DNA of 64,000 nt from Octopus vulgaris (Eukaryota). The first letter of the stretch is position 1. Each line of letters opens with the position of its first letter. The notes below the pieces were generated by a model that searched no databases, was not told the origin of the DNA, and was given only the letters and a program-made list of their open reading frames with translations. The translations under genes and the position numbers were made by a program. Shown in pieces: positions 1 through 12,142 of the stretch. The stretch is from assembly GCA_951406725.2 (NCBI GenBank), contig OX597829.1, forward strand, positions 43,276,001-43,340,000. Reading direction: 5' to 3'.

Positions 1-259
1 CTCAGAACGTAAAGACAGACGAAATACCTATTTTTTTACTACCCACAAGGGGCTAAACACAGAGAGGACAAACAAAGATAGACAAAGGGATTAATTTGAT
101 TACAACGACCCCAGTGCGTAACTGGTACTTAGTTTATCAACCCCGAAAGGATGAAAGGCAAAGTCGACCTCGGCGGAATTTGAACTCAGAACGTAACGGC
201 AGACGAAATACCGCTAAGCATTTCGCCCGGCGTGCTAACGTTTCTGCCAGCTCGCCACC
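1..259 (-). mobile_element. tRNA-derived SINE family A, dimeric and cut by the window edge
   Basis: Reverse complement of the family head GGCGGCGAGCTGGCAGAAACGTTAGC (A box), B box GAGTTCAAATTCC and central GACTTTGCCTTTCATCCTTTCGGGGTCGATAAA domain (Meta-SINE-like from memory); many copies in window. Confidence 0.85.
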
Positions 260-701
260 TTAATAATCTTTTCTACTCAAGGCACAAGGCCCGAAATTTT
301 TGGGAAGGCGGGGGTCCAGTCGATTAGATCGATCTCAGTACATAACTGGTATATAATTTATCGATGCTTCATCAAATATTGCCATAATAAATGAAAAAGT
401 AAAGTTAATCCCCACATCAATACGGCTATTCGATGTTACTAAGTAAAGTATAGCGGCTAACTTTACTTGTCAGTATAGTTACTACTCTCATCTCCATTTT
501 GAAGCCTAATCAGGCTCATGGGCCCGGTTTCCGGTCTCTGTGGCGTATGTGTTACCCCCAGCTGGGGCATTATCTACATAGAGTAAATGATGAACAAGCA
601 TGGAGAAAGAATATAGCCCTGACAAACTCCTTTCCCATTTTTGACCTTTTCTGTGTTGCCATTATTTCAAGCTCGCAGAAAGGCTTAGCGGTATTTCGTC
701 T

Positions 702-972
702 GGCGGCCAGTTGGTTGAATCGTTAGCACACCGGACGAAATGCTTAGCCGTATTTCGTCTGCCGTTACGTTCTGAGTTCAAATTCTGCCGAGGTCGACTT
801 TGCCTTTCATCCTTTCGGGGTCGATAAATTAAGTACCGGTTACGAACTGGGGTCGATGTAATCGACTCAATCCGTTTGTCTGTCCTTGTTTGTTCCCTCT
901 GTGTTTAGCCCCTTGTGGGTAGTAAAGAAATAGGTATTTCGTCTGCCGTTACGTTCTGAGTTCAAATTCCGC
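702..972 (+). mobile_element. SINE family A, one unit plus start of a second, fused to a LINE
   Basis: Same sequence as the arrays at 7540, 14005 and 50206. Confidence 0.85.
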
Positions 973-2015
973 AGACGTAGATCGTCTTTACCTCCCCAGA
1001 GCCCAAGGAGGTCGAGGCCTGATCCAATTTGAACTAGCTTACAAAACAACCACAATTGGACTGGCCAAATATCTCGAAATAACGAATGACTGGATTCTAA
1101 AGCTCCGTGGAAAATCACGAGAGACGAAAGAAGCTTCATTCTATCATAAAGGAAAACAAAAAATTTGCTATTGATCTCGTACAGGATACCCAAACTGAAC
1201 AACCCGAGGGAAGTACGGCAACTATTGTTGCAAAGAAGGTGAAAATAATGGCAACGAAAAAAGCGCACGAGCAATTGGCCGATAGGTGGGAGGAGAAACC
1301 TCTGCACGGCAAATATGTGGCCCGCAGCAAACAAGCTGATGTTGACCAGAAGCAAACCAGAAGTTGGCCAATATCTACACTGTCTAATAAGTCGGCATTA
1401 CAATATCAAAACTGCCGACAAGTGGTATAATCACCACCCTGAAGCTGTAACTGAAGGAGAAAATGTAACGATTCTGTGGGACTCTCCAGTACATACAGAC
1501 CGAACCATCAAAGCCAATAAACCAGATATTGTTGTGAAAGACCAAAACAATAAAGTTTGCTTATTGATCGACATGAGCATCCCCTGTGATCATAATATCT
1601 CAGCGAAAGAGTTTGACAAGCTCAGAAAATATATAGACCTACTCATTGAAATTGAGAATATGTGGCATCTCAAGGCGGTTACAATACCAGTGATCGTAGG
1701 AGCACTAGGAATGATCAAGAAAGGAACCGAAAATTATATGAGAATGATCCCTGGCTTACCATCCCTGCAAGAAGTGCAAAAGATTGTCTTAACTGGTACA
1801 TCACACGTATTGAGAAGAGCATTGTCGATGTGAGAACTGTTACTATCCATGTAATTGAATTTAACTTTATTCCTATCAAAAAATAAATGATCGAACTAGT
1901 GAGTTTAGTTTAATGGCCTACCAATGTATACAATGAGTTTCTTTGCCCTAGGAGTCGGGAAGACACTCGGTAAGAAATGGAAGCAAATTTGAAAGATGAA
2001 GAAAAACCCATAAAC

Positions 2016-2075
<60 letters not shown>

Positions 2076-2100
2076 TATAATAATAATAATAATAATAATA
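973..2100 (+). mobile_element. 5'-truncated R4/Dong-type non-LTR retrotransposon (REL endonuclease end, 3' UTR, (AAT)n tail)
   Basis: DVDRLYLPRAQGGRGL, WEEKPLHGKY, then KPDIVV..LIDMSIP..KY.DL..IPVIVGALG (ORF 1315-1833); internal deletion near 1360; (AAT)n at 2015-2100. Confidence 0.9.
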
Positions 2101-2376
2101 TAGGCGCAAAGCCAGCAATTTTCAATGGGAGGGTTTATTCGCTATTGTCTACCTCTGTACTTCGCTTTCACTTTATTTTCTTGGCCACGAATGAAGGAAA
2201 AGCAAAGTTTACCTCAGCGAAATTTGAACTTAGAACGTAAAGAGCTGCGCAAAGCATTTTTCTGATGTTGTAACGAATTTGCCGTGTGTGGCAAAATCTA
2301 TATATATATATATCTATATATATCTATATCTATATATATATATATCTATATATATATATATATCTATATATATGTA

Positions 2377-2913
<537 letters not shown>

Positions 2914-2917
2914 TATA

Positions 2918-3024
2918 TCACGTGATCACGTGACTATCAGATGTTGCCACACATCGCTGGTCACAATGCGCTTCGCATTGTTTTAGCCTTCAAATGACAC
3001 CACCCCGCTGGCTAAGCGAGCAGG

Positions 3025-3027
<3 letters not shown>
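2918..3027 (-). mobile_element. SINE family C 3' fragment
   Basis: Near-identical to 2380-2500. Confidence 0.8.
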
Positions 3028-3068
<41 letters not shown>

Positions 3069-3081
3069 ATATATATATATA

Positions 3082-3160
<79 letters not shown>

Positions 3161-4474
3161 AATATATACAGGATACAGATAGTTACCTCTCACCCCCTTC
3201 GCTAATATACAGACACAAGAAATAAAGAAAAAAAATTTTTTTTTTTTACAAAAAACTGACAATACAAAGGCAAAAGCATTGTCCTATATTTAAAAAAAAT
3301 ATGTAAACGTAAAAAGGTGTTTTTTTCAGTATCAGTTACATAGCTTCGTTTTCTTCTGTTACCCATAGAGAAAAGAATGAAAAAAGAAAAAATATATATA
3401 TATGTATACATAAATACATATATACGTATATATGGGTACAGACACAGAGCTACATACACACAATCTCTCTCTCTCACACACATATATATACACACACACA
3501 TATATATATACACATATATATATATACACATGCATACATCTGAAGAGAGAAGGGGAGAAAAGAGAGGTGGCAATGAGGAGAGAGCGTGAAAGATTAAGAG
3601 AGTAATGAAGAAAGAAAAAAAATACAAAATGGCAGCCGAACAAGACAGAGACAGGTATGCTAATAGACATGTCAGTCAGTTACTACGAAATAAATACGGC
3701 AAACTGATAGGGATCCCGTTTTGTTATTGAATGTAAACTGTCAAAATCACCACACCCACTCGCTTGTCTGTAAAAAAATAAGAAAAATAAGAAGAAAAAG
3801 AAATTAACAAAGAAGAGAGAGAGAGAGAGTATTCGAAAGCGGAAGAAACGCATGTATGAAGTTTATAGTTTAAAAACCTTCTTCGTAAGACAGATGAAAA
3901 AAAGGTGGAAAACGATTTTGGTTAGAGAGAAAAAAAGGAAGTGAAGCAAAACAATGAAACACACACACAAAAAAAATGGTCAAATAAAGCAAATCACGAA
4001 ATAAAGAGATGAATACATGAAAATAAAAGCAGATGGTTGATCGACATCATCAAAATATGTGTTTGTGCTTTAGTTAACGTTTGCACTTATGACCTCTCAT
4101 TAATCGCGGGTCCGTAATAATAGTTCGAGATTTGCGTGTGTGCGTGTGCCTGCGTGTGTGTCAGCCTGCGTGTGTGTCTGCCTGCGTGTGTGTATGCGTG
4201 TGTGTGTGTGTGTGTGTGCGTATGTGTGTGATGCGTGTGTGTGTGTGCGTGCGTGTGTGTGTGTGATTGCGTTAGTGCGCGTGTGTCTGTGTGATATATG
4301 TGTGGGCTGACATGTGTGAAAACGCTTGGCGTTTTGCTATGAAAACCAATGTGGTCAACCGTTCAAACCGTAAGAATCTCTACTACCCACCTCTACGATA
4401 TCATCCTCCTCCTCATCATCATCATCATCATTACACCATCACCATCGCTTCTACCAGTAGAACTACAACTCTTT

Positions 4475-4717
4475 TCTTAAAGCCTAGCCAGGCTCATTGG
4501 CTCCGGATTCCCGGTTTCAATGGCGTATGTGTTCCCCCGCTGGACGGGGGACGCCACTCCATCGCAGCGTTACTCATTTTTGCCAGCTGAGTGAACTGGA
4601 GCAACGTGAAATGAAGTGTTTTGCTCAAGAACACAACACGTCGCCCGGTCCGGGAATCGAAACCACAATCTTACGATCATGATGCTGACACCCTAACCAC
4701 TAAGCCAGGCGTTTCCA
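4475..4717 (-). mobile_element. tRNA-derived SINE family D (CORE-like plus V-domain-like segments)
   Basis: A box TGGCTTAGTGG, B box GGTTTCGATTCCC, segment TGCGATGGAGTGGCGTCCCCGTCCAG; copies at 43848-44094 and partial 500-566. Confidence 0.8.
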
Positions 4718-4790
4718 CAGTAGAACTATAACTACACCCACCGTAATCTTCCTTCTTCTCTTCTTCCTGCTCCTCATCCTCATCGGCATT

Positions 4791-4840
<50 letters not shown>

Positions 4841-5137
4841 AATCATCTTCAGCATCATCATCAACATCATCATCATCATCATCATCATCATCTTCAGCAT
4901 CATCACTACAACCAACATCGGCTGAAGCGAAGATGATGAAGGTGAACATAATTATATGGAAATGAAGCACAGAAAGTGCAAATTATATGCACAATAGAAA
5001 AATATGGGTTCTCAACGCCCACAGAATCTCTGTTTACTCCACAAAGGCCACAATAATAAGCTTTTTGTTGCGTGTGCAAAGATAATAAGGTAATAAGACT
5101 GTTCCTGCATCCGCAGAAAGCTCGGCTTTTGCACATA

Positions 5138-5302
5138 GGCGCAGGAGTGGCTGTGTGGTAAGTAGCTTGCTTACCAACCATATGGTTCCGGGTTCAGTCC
5201 CACTGCGTGGCATCTTGGACAAGTGTCTTCTACTATAGCCCCGGGCCGACCAAAGCCTTGTGAGTGAATTTGGTAGACGGAAACTGAAAGAAGCCTGTCG
5301 TA

Positions 5303-5373
<71 letters not shown>

Positions 5374-5590
5374 ATGTGTGTTTGTCCCCCTAGCATTGCT
5401 TGACAACCGATGTTGGTGTGTTTACGTCCCCGTCACTTAGCGGTTCGGCAAAAAGAGACCGATAGAATAAGTACTGGGCTTACAAAGAATAAGTCCCGGG
5501 GACAAGTTGCTCGACTAAAAAGGCGGTGCTCCAGCATGGCCGCAGTCAAATGACTGAAACAAGTAAAAGAGTAAAAGAGTAAAAAGAGTA
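5138..5590 (+). mobile_element. Bipartite SINE family B (tRNA/CORE-like head, internal (TA)n(TG)n, conserved 3' module, (GTAAAAGA)n tail)
   Basis: GGAGTGGCTGTGTGGTAAG..GGTTCAGTCCC..CTTGGRCAAGTGTCTT head; 3' module ends CAAATGACTGAAACAAGTAAAAGAGT; more than ten full or half copies in window. Confidence 0.9.
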
Positions 5591-6582
5591 TGGTAGCTTA
5601 AGGACTTCCTGCCCAGAATCGATGTAGAAGCTGCTGCGGCAAAAACAACAATTGATCACGAGGTTTGTTGTAACCTAGATATCATAAATCGCAGCTCTGG
5701 GAACAAAGTAAGAAATTGCCTTGCCCTCAGTATAAAGATCTGGCAAAGATGCCCCAGAACATCCCACTGGTCCATAAGAAGCGGCGCTATCCCCGTTTGT
5801 CCAGTGAAGAGGAAATGAAAAACTAGAAGTGTGTGAAAGTGTCCGAAGACAGCAGATAAAGGCAAGAAAAGGTAAAAAGAACGTACTCCTCCACACATCT
5901 CAGGAGACAGTTTCACTCCTGACGCCGGCTCCAAGCGTTTACGAGACCGAGTAAACGTCAAACTTATAGAGGGCGATGACTTCGATGATGTCAGAGTAGT
6001 CGCTTCTGACGACACAGTCTTGTACTCTGCTGAAGAGATCCTGGCTGCCGTCCAACTCGAACATCCTGAGCTACCTACAGACATCTTCTGGCACCATACG
6101 GGTCTTGTGAGAAAGACATACTCTATGCTATGAGGTATTTCCTTGCCAGTAGCAGCGGACGTGTCGACGGTCTCCGGGCCGGCCACCTCAAAGACTTGTC
6201 CTTAATGACGCAGCCGGGCGCTACCGGCTGACTGCAATAATGGCACTCGTTAACAGATTCATTCACGGCACCCTGAACACTTATCCCTGATTCCTCTTCC
6301 TTTTAGCCAGCTTAATCGTTCTCAGACCTGGCTGGAAGTCCAAACTTCCGAGTTCTTTCACAGGGTTTAGAAAAACTGAAGGGCCACTGCAATAAGTGTG
6401 TGAATCTGAGAGGGGAATATGTGGAATAAAATCGTAATTAACTGATCCTTCTGTATTTTCTTTTACCCAAAACCAGGAACTTCTCAGTACTCTTTCGCAT
6501 ATGTGTACGTTTGCGAATAAGTTTGTACGTGCGTGTGCATGTGTGCATGTGTGTGTGTATTTGTATGTATATGTAGAAACAG

Positions 6583-6824
6583 TATCTATTTCTTTACTAC
6601 CCAAAAGGGGCTAAACACAGAGAGGACAAACAAGGACAGACAAACGGATTAAGTCGAGTATATCGACCCCAGTGCGTAACTGGTATTTATTTAATCGGAC
6701 CCCGAAAGGATGAAAGGCAAAGTCAACCTCGGCGGAATTTGAACTCAGAACGTAGCGTCAGACTGAATACTGCTAAGCATTTCGCCCTCGCCCGGCGTGC
6801 TAACGATTCTGCCAGCTCGCCGCC
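6583..6824 (-). mobile_element. SINE family A monomer
   Basis: Reverse complement of the family consensus. Confidence 0.85.
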
Positions 6825-7399
6825 TTATGTAGAAAACAGTATCACACAATCGTCCATATGTCCGTCCGTTCACGCCAGCGTAGTCTTCTGACACCTTTAA
6901 AATTGAGCGCCATATCTTACTCCGTTTCACCATAATCTACCCATGGTAAAGAAGTTCAAGTTATGATAGATTGACGGACATATTTTCCACCATACGACAA
7001 TTAACACCAGTGGTTTATTTAAACAAACAAAACAAAACATATCATTGTGCCACAGTATCACATTTTACCAACTTTGGCAGTTTATCTCTTCACAGCTTTC
7101 GACACGCTCCGCCCTACATCGTCTTTCCACTTACCGTTTATTTCTTAATTCCCACCTTGCCTTTTTTTCTTCTTTTTTTCTTATTTTATTTTTTTGCATT
7201 TTTGTTTTGTTGCTTTTTTTTTTATCATTTACTGTTTCGTTTCGTTTGACTTCTGCTACTTTTTCGAAATTCCTCCTTTCTTTCTCACATGTCATCGATG
7301 TAGTTCATTCTCGTGTCGTCCTTCTCTAAACGCGCGCGCATGCGTACATATGATTTGCTCCTCTTTGCAGTATTTTTTTTTATTTTGCTTTTGTAGCTA

Positions 7400-7539
7400 T
7401 GTGGTAGGGAGGGAGCTTGCTTCCAAAACACATGGCTCCGAGTTCGGTCCCACTGCGTAGCACCTTGGACAAGTGTCTTCTACTATAGCCCCGGGCTGAT
7501 CAAAGCTTTGTGAGTGGATTTAATGGACGGAAACTGAAA
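7400..7539 (+). mobile_element. SINE family B 5' half, followed directly by a SINE A array
   Basis: CACCTTGGACAAGTGTCTTCTACTATAGCC..GGAAACTGAAAG. Confidence 0.75.
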
Positions 7540-8252
7540 GGCGGCGAGCTGGCAGAAACGTTAGCACGCCGGGCGAAATGCGTAGCCGTATTTCGTCTGC
7601 AGTTACGTTCTGAGTTCAAATTCCGCCGAGGTCGACTTTGCCTTTCATCCTTTCGGGGTCGATAAATTAAGTACCAGTTACGTACTGGGGTCGATGTAAT
7701 CGACTTAATCCGATTGTCTGTCCTTGTTTGTCCCCTCTGTGTTTTAGCCCCTTGTGGGCAGTAAAGAAATAAGAAACGTTAGCACGCCGGGCGAAATGCG
7801 TAGCCGTATTTCGTCTGCCGTTACGTTCTGAGTTCAAATTCCGCCGAGGTCGACTTTGCCTTTCATCCTTTCGGGGTCGATAAATCAAGTACCGGTTACG
7901 AACTGGGGTCGATGTAATCGACTTAATCCGATTGTCTGTCCTTGTTTGTCCCCTCTGTGTTTAGCCCCTTGTGGGCAGTAAAGAAATAAGAAACGTTAGC
8001 ACGCCGGGCGAAATGCGTAGCCGTATTTCGTCTGCCGTTACGTTCTGAGTTCAAATTCCGCCGAGGTCGACTTTGCCTTTCATCCTTTCGGGGTTGATAA
8101 ATTAAGTACCAGTTACGAACTGGGGTCGATGTAATCGACTTAATCCGATTGTCTGTCCTTGTTTGTCCCCTCTGTGTTTAGCCCCTTGTGGGCAGTAAAG
8201 AAATAAGAAACGTTAGCTCGCCGGGCGAAATGCTTAGCGGTATTTCGTCTGT
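7540..8252 (+). mobile_element. SINE family A head-to-tail array (3 units plus a partial)
   Basis: Near-identical ~217-bp units joined at AAGAAATAAG|AAACGTTAGC. Confidence 0.9.
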
Positions 8253-9279
8253 CGGAATTTTTTTTTATCTCAATCGCATTGTATTTTAAGCGTTTTCATT
8301 GACGTTTGCAATAGACTTTTTCTATATTGTTATTTATCTTGTTCTTTCTACCTCTTCAACACGCAATTCTAAGCCTTCGCGTTCTCTTTCTTCTTGTTCT
8401 TATTGAACATCCTTCCCACCCACCCCGCTTTCTGCATTTATCTAATTTTCCTTACATTCGTCCTTCCGGCTATCTTGCCTATGTTTCTAAACTGCATCTA
8501 AGTTGTGAGACTCTGGTTCGAGTGTTCCAGAGTTTCGTGGAGTGTTGAAGAATTACTTCTTAGCCTCAAATTGTTTCCAGGTCTACTTTGAACCCCAATG
8601 TAGTAGCATCTGTCGACTTCCCAGTCAAGTCTGTAGGGAAAATGGAGCTCGTTAGCCAGGGGAGGGGGAAACCCTTCGAAAGGAAGAAAAACCTCGAGGA
8701 AAAAATCGAGAGACGGAATACCCGAGGCAGTTCTGGTAATTTCTGCGACAACGCTGATGCCTAATTGTAACGGTTGACCTGTTCCACTAGATCCATCAAT
8801 GGCGTGCAGAATGGAGATACGCTTCATACCATAGTACTTGGACTCTGTCAAACACACTATAATGGACGACAAGGACTTTCATATATGGTCATTAATAACA
8901 AACAGAGGCCAGATGCCTTTCGACTAATCGGTTTTTAATTTTTTTTTTTCTATTTGAATTAAATACAGTCACAATTTTTATGCAGCTCTGAAGACCTGTA
9001 GAGATGGGGAACCAAGAGTGCAACCATTAAGAAATTGCTCTCAATAAAACGATCACATGTCTACATTCATAGAAACGACGAACTTTCTCGCGATTTCCGA
9101 CGATCGAATTTCTCTCACGAAGCTTTACACGTCCTGCAGCTGTTTTAGTACAGGTGGTGCTGTGGGTTTGGATTCGAAACCTCATGTCGTAGGTTTTTAA
9201 TGGGGTCTGGCTTTTTCCATAAAGAATTGAAAAAAATGTTGGCAAGCATTTTATCCGATGTTGTAATGATTCTTTCATA

Positions 9280-9756
9280 AGATAATAGGAGAAATGAGGT
9301 AGAGAATAGGAAACCAGACATAGTGTTAATTGAGAAAGAAAGCAAGCGATGTTGGATCATAGATATAGCATGCCCAGCTGACAACAAGGTGTGTGATAAG
9401 GAAGAAAGAAAAGTCGAGAGATATGACAGGTTAGCTTGGGAGGTTAAGCAGTTGTGGTCGCTGAAAAAGGTAGCAGTAGTACCAATAATTGTTGGAACCC
9501 TGGGAACAGTGAGTAAAAATCATGAGAGTTACATGGAACAAATAGGGGATGCAATAAGGGTGGAGCACTTGCAGAAAACAGCACTGCTTGGAACCGCTCG
9601 AATACTCCGGAAGGTGTCCGAAAAATAAGCGGTGTTACCTTAGTTCACTGGTAGTGAATAGCTAACACCATAGAACATCTCCAGCGTTAGAAGCTATGCA
9701 AAGACAATAATAATGATAATAATAATAATAATAATAATAATAGTAATAATAATAAT

Positions 9757-9814
<58 letters not shown>

Positions 9815-9823
9815 GTATTAATA

Positions 9824-9860
<37 letters not shown>
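9280..9860 (+). mobile_element. R4/Dong-type LINE 3' fragment with (AAT)n tail
   Basis: NRKPDIVLIEK..IIDIACP.D..K.ERY..L..VVPIIVGTLG..LQKTALLGTARILRK (ORF 9323-9628). Confidence 0.9.
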
Positions 9861-9862
<2 letters not shown>

Positions 9863-10063
9863 CATTCGGACAAATACATAACAAAATCACCAGGACATAG
9901 AAGTATATATAACACACCACTAGGCACCGCACGTATCCTACGTAAAACACTTTCAATACAATGAAAATAAGAGTACCATTACAAACTACAACTCATACCC
10001 AAGGCACACAGAGCTGCAATCGGTAATGCAGTGAAAGCACGGGATAAAAATAAGACTACTGAA

Positions 10064-10097
<34 letters not shown>

Positions 10098-10125
10098 GGT
10101 GGTGGCGGTGGTGGTGGTGGTGGTG

Positions 10126-10200
<75 letters not shown>
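9861..10200 (+). mobile_element. Second R4/Dong-type LINE extreme 3' end with (GAT/GGT/AAT)n tail
   Basis: KYITKSPG..LGTARILRKTLSIQ* then a short UTR and trinucleotide tail. Confidence 0.75.
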
Positions 10201-10204
<4 letters not shown>

Positions 10205-10572
10205 GAGCACTCAGAGAGCGCAAACCTCCGCCATGGCAACACCAACGTCCATTCAACGATTAGCCAGAGATGATTTTTAAAATGAGAATATCTGAAATAA
10301 ACTCGACTGCTCTCACAAACGACAATACTAAAAATGAACCCGATCGCTCTCAAAAATTAAATTAAAAAAAACAGGAAAAATAATCCAGAATCCTTGTCCG
10401 GAACCGGATCGATCCCAAGATCTGATCAGTTCGTACCTGTCAGGAAGCTAAACACCCTTGAAAGTTTCATCTGAATCCATCCAGAGGTTCTTGAGATATC
10501 TTGTCCACGGACAAACAAAGAAACAAACACGACTGACAACAATACTTCCACCTTCACTAAGGCGGAGGTAAT
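10201..10572 (+). mobile_element. HINE/DINE-1-like non-autonomous Helentron derivative
   Basis: Subterminal inverted repeat ACCTCCGCC (10224) / GGCGGAGGT (10561), GACAAACAAA microsatellite near the 3' end, terminal ..GGCGGAGGTAAT. Confidence 0.6.
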
Positions 10573-10759
10573 GATAATAACTAGTGCTCCGGGTAGGATG
10601 GACTCGTTAGCCTTGGATTGCAAGAAGCCCGGGAGGATCACTTTGATTTCAAAACTAGGGGAGAAAGGCTTCTTCAGCCTTGCCGGGTAACATGGATAAG
10701 GATGGCGTCTCGATAATAAAATACCCGTTGGTGGTAACTTAAAAACACACCTCACTTGT

Positions 10760-11128
10760 GATTGAAAATGCCAAGCAAAATAGCTAACGATAACGGAGTG
10801 GGCAGGACTAGAAACAATGGCTAAGGTGCTGCACGTGGCAGGTGTAGCACTGTGCAGCAGGGTGGGTCCGGTCGTGATTCAGGGATCCTTTGCGCGGGTT
10901 GGGTTACTCAACCTGAAGAAAATTCTAACAGGGTCTCTCACCTGCAGAGTCATGCGCTGTTTATTTTGATACAAGGTCCCCACATGTAGCGCACATATAT
11001 GGTGCATGTGTCTTATCGGACGAGTAGTCATGATGGGTATATTGAGCTTCGTATATTTGTACCCCAGTGTCACTTTAATGGCATGCGCTGCTCTCACTCA
11101 ATAATAATAATAATAATAATCATAATAA
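10760..11128 (+). mobile_element. Probable non-LTR retroelement 3' UTR fragment with (AAT)n tail
   Basis: GC-richer non-coding stretch ending CTCTCACTCAATAATAATAAT; no protein motif recognised. Confidence 0.4.
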
Positions 11129-11513
11129 TTTGAACCCAGACCGTAACGGCAGACGAAATACGACTACGCATTTCGCCCGGCGTGCTAACGTTTCTGCCAG
11201 CTCGCCGACTTCGAGGTTGGTAAAATAATATATAAGTTAAGTATTGTCCTCGATAAAATCGATTTAACACCTCACACAAAAAAACTGCTGGACCTGTACT
11301 AAAATTTGAAAGGATGACATTGGTTGTCAGTTTTATTATTACAGTCGTGTTAGTTTTAATTAAAAATAATTCAACGAAGTTCGCTTTCTTTGCTTTCCTA
11401 GAACAAATGGATAAGCAACGATGTGCAACGACTATCGGTCATAGCTCGTTGACTCGTTTCAATCGTGTAGGCACCACCATATAAATAATGTGTTTCCATT
11501 TTAAGATCTACAT

Positions 11514-11658
11514 TTAGGAACATGTTTCCAGCACATCGCCAAGGCTCCGACGAGTATCTGATGCAAATGTGCGACTATAGTTAAAAGCTCTTGTTCTGGG
11601 AGAGGATATGATGCTTTGCCGTGCCGATTCAGTGTCGAAAGTTGGCTGGCTGCCAGCA
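11514..11658 (-). CDS. Candidate terminal coding exon of an unidentified host gene (AGSQPTFDTESARQSIISSPRTRAFNYSRTFASDTRRSLGDVLETCS*)
   Basis: Unique non-repetitive sequence; minus-strand acceptor TTGTCTAATTTCAG| directly before an open frame ending in TAA; upstream exons not identified. Confidence 0.35.
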
Positions 11659-11799
11659 CTGAAATTAGACAACATAATTAAAAGGTCTGCAATGTCAACT
11701 GGTATATCGGTGATCTGTGCTGACACCGAAGTATATACTATCGCGGTGGTCGAATGCCCAGATAGAATAAACGGTTACTTGTTACGTTTCGGGACATTT

Positions 11800-12008
11800 T
11801 TTTAATAAGGAACATCAAGGGGTCACCGATTTCTTCTCCATCTTTGAACTGTTCTCTTTCACCTTTCCGACGAAGAGTTATGCTCGTAACGTCAAACTCT
11901 CTTCTTTCATCGGGTGTCAAGTTAAATAGATCTCTGGTGCACGTCCTCACATTATTTATTATTATCTTTTTTTCCGCTTATTTGAATTTCATTATTTTGA
12001 ATTGACTA
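11800..12008 (+). mobile_element. Degenerate PLE pseudo-LTR-like element with hammerhead remnant
   Basis: TTT CCGACGA A GAG TTATG CTC GTAA CG TC AAA at 11864-11895; similar to 26015-26210. Confidence 0.55.
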
Positions 12009-12098
12009 CATACACACACAGGCACACACACGCACACGCATACATAAACACATATATATATGTGTGCATACGTGCATATATATTTGCATATATATATA

Positions 12099-12137
<39 letters not shown>

Positions 12138-12142
<5 letters not shown>

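Noticed and set aside
5656-6186. 176-aa minus-strand ORF
   Set aside because: No recognisable domain; more likely the antisense shadow of the plus-strand decayed frame
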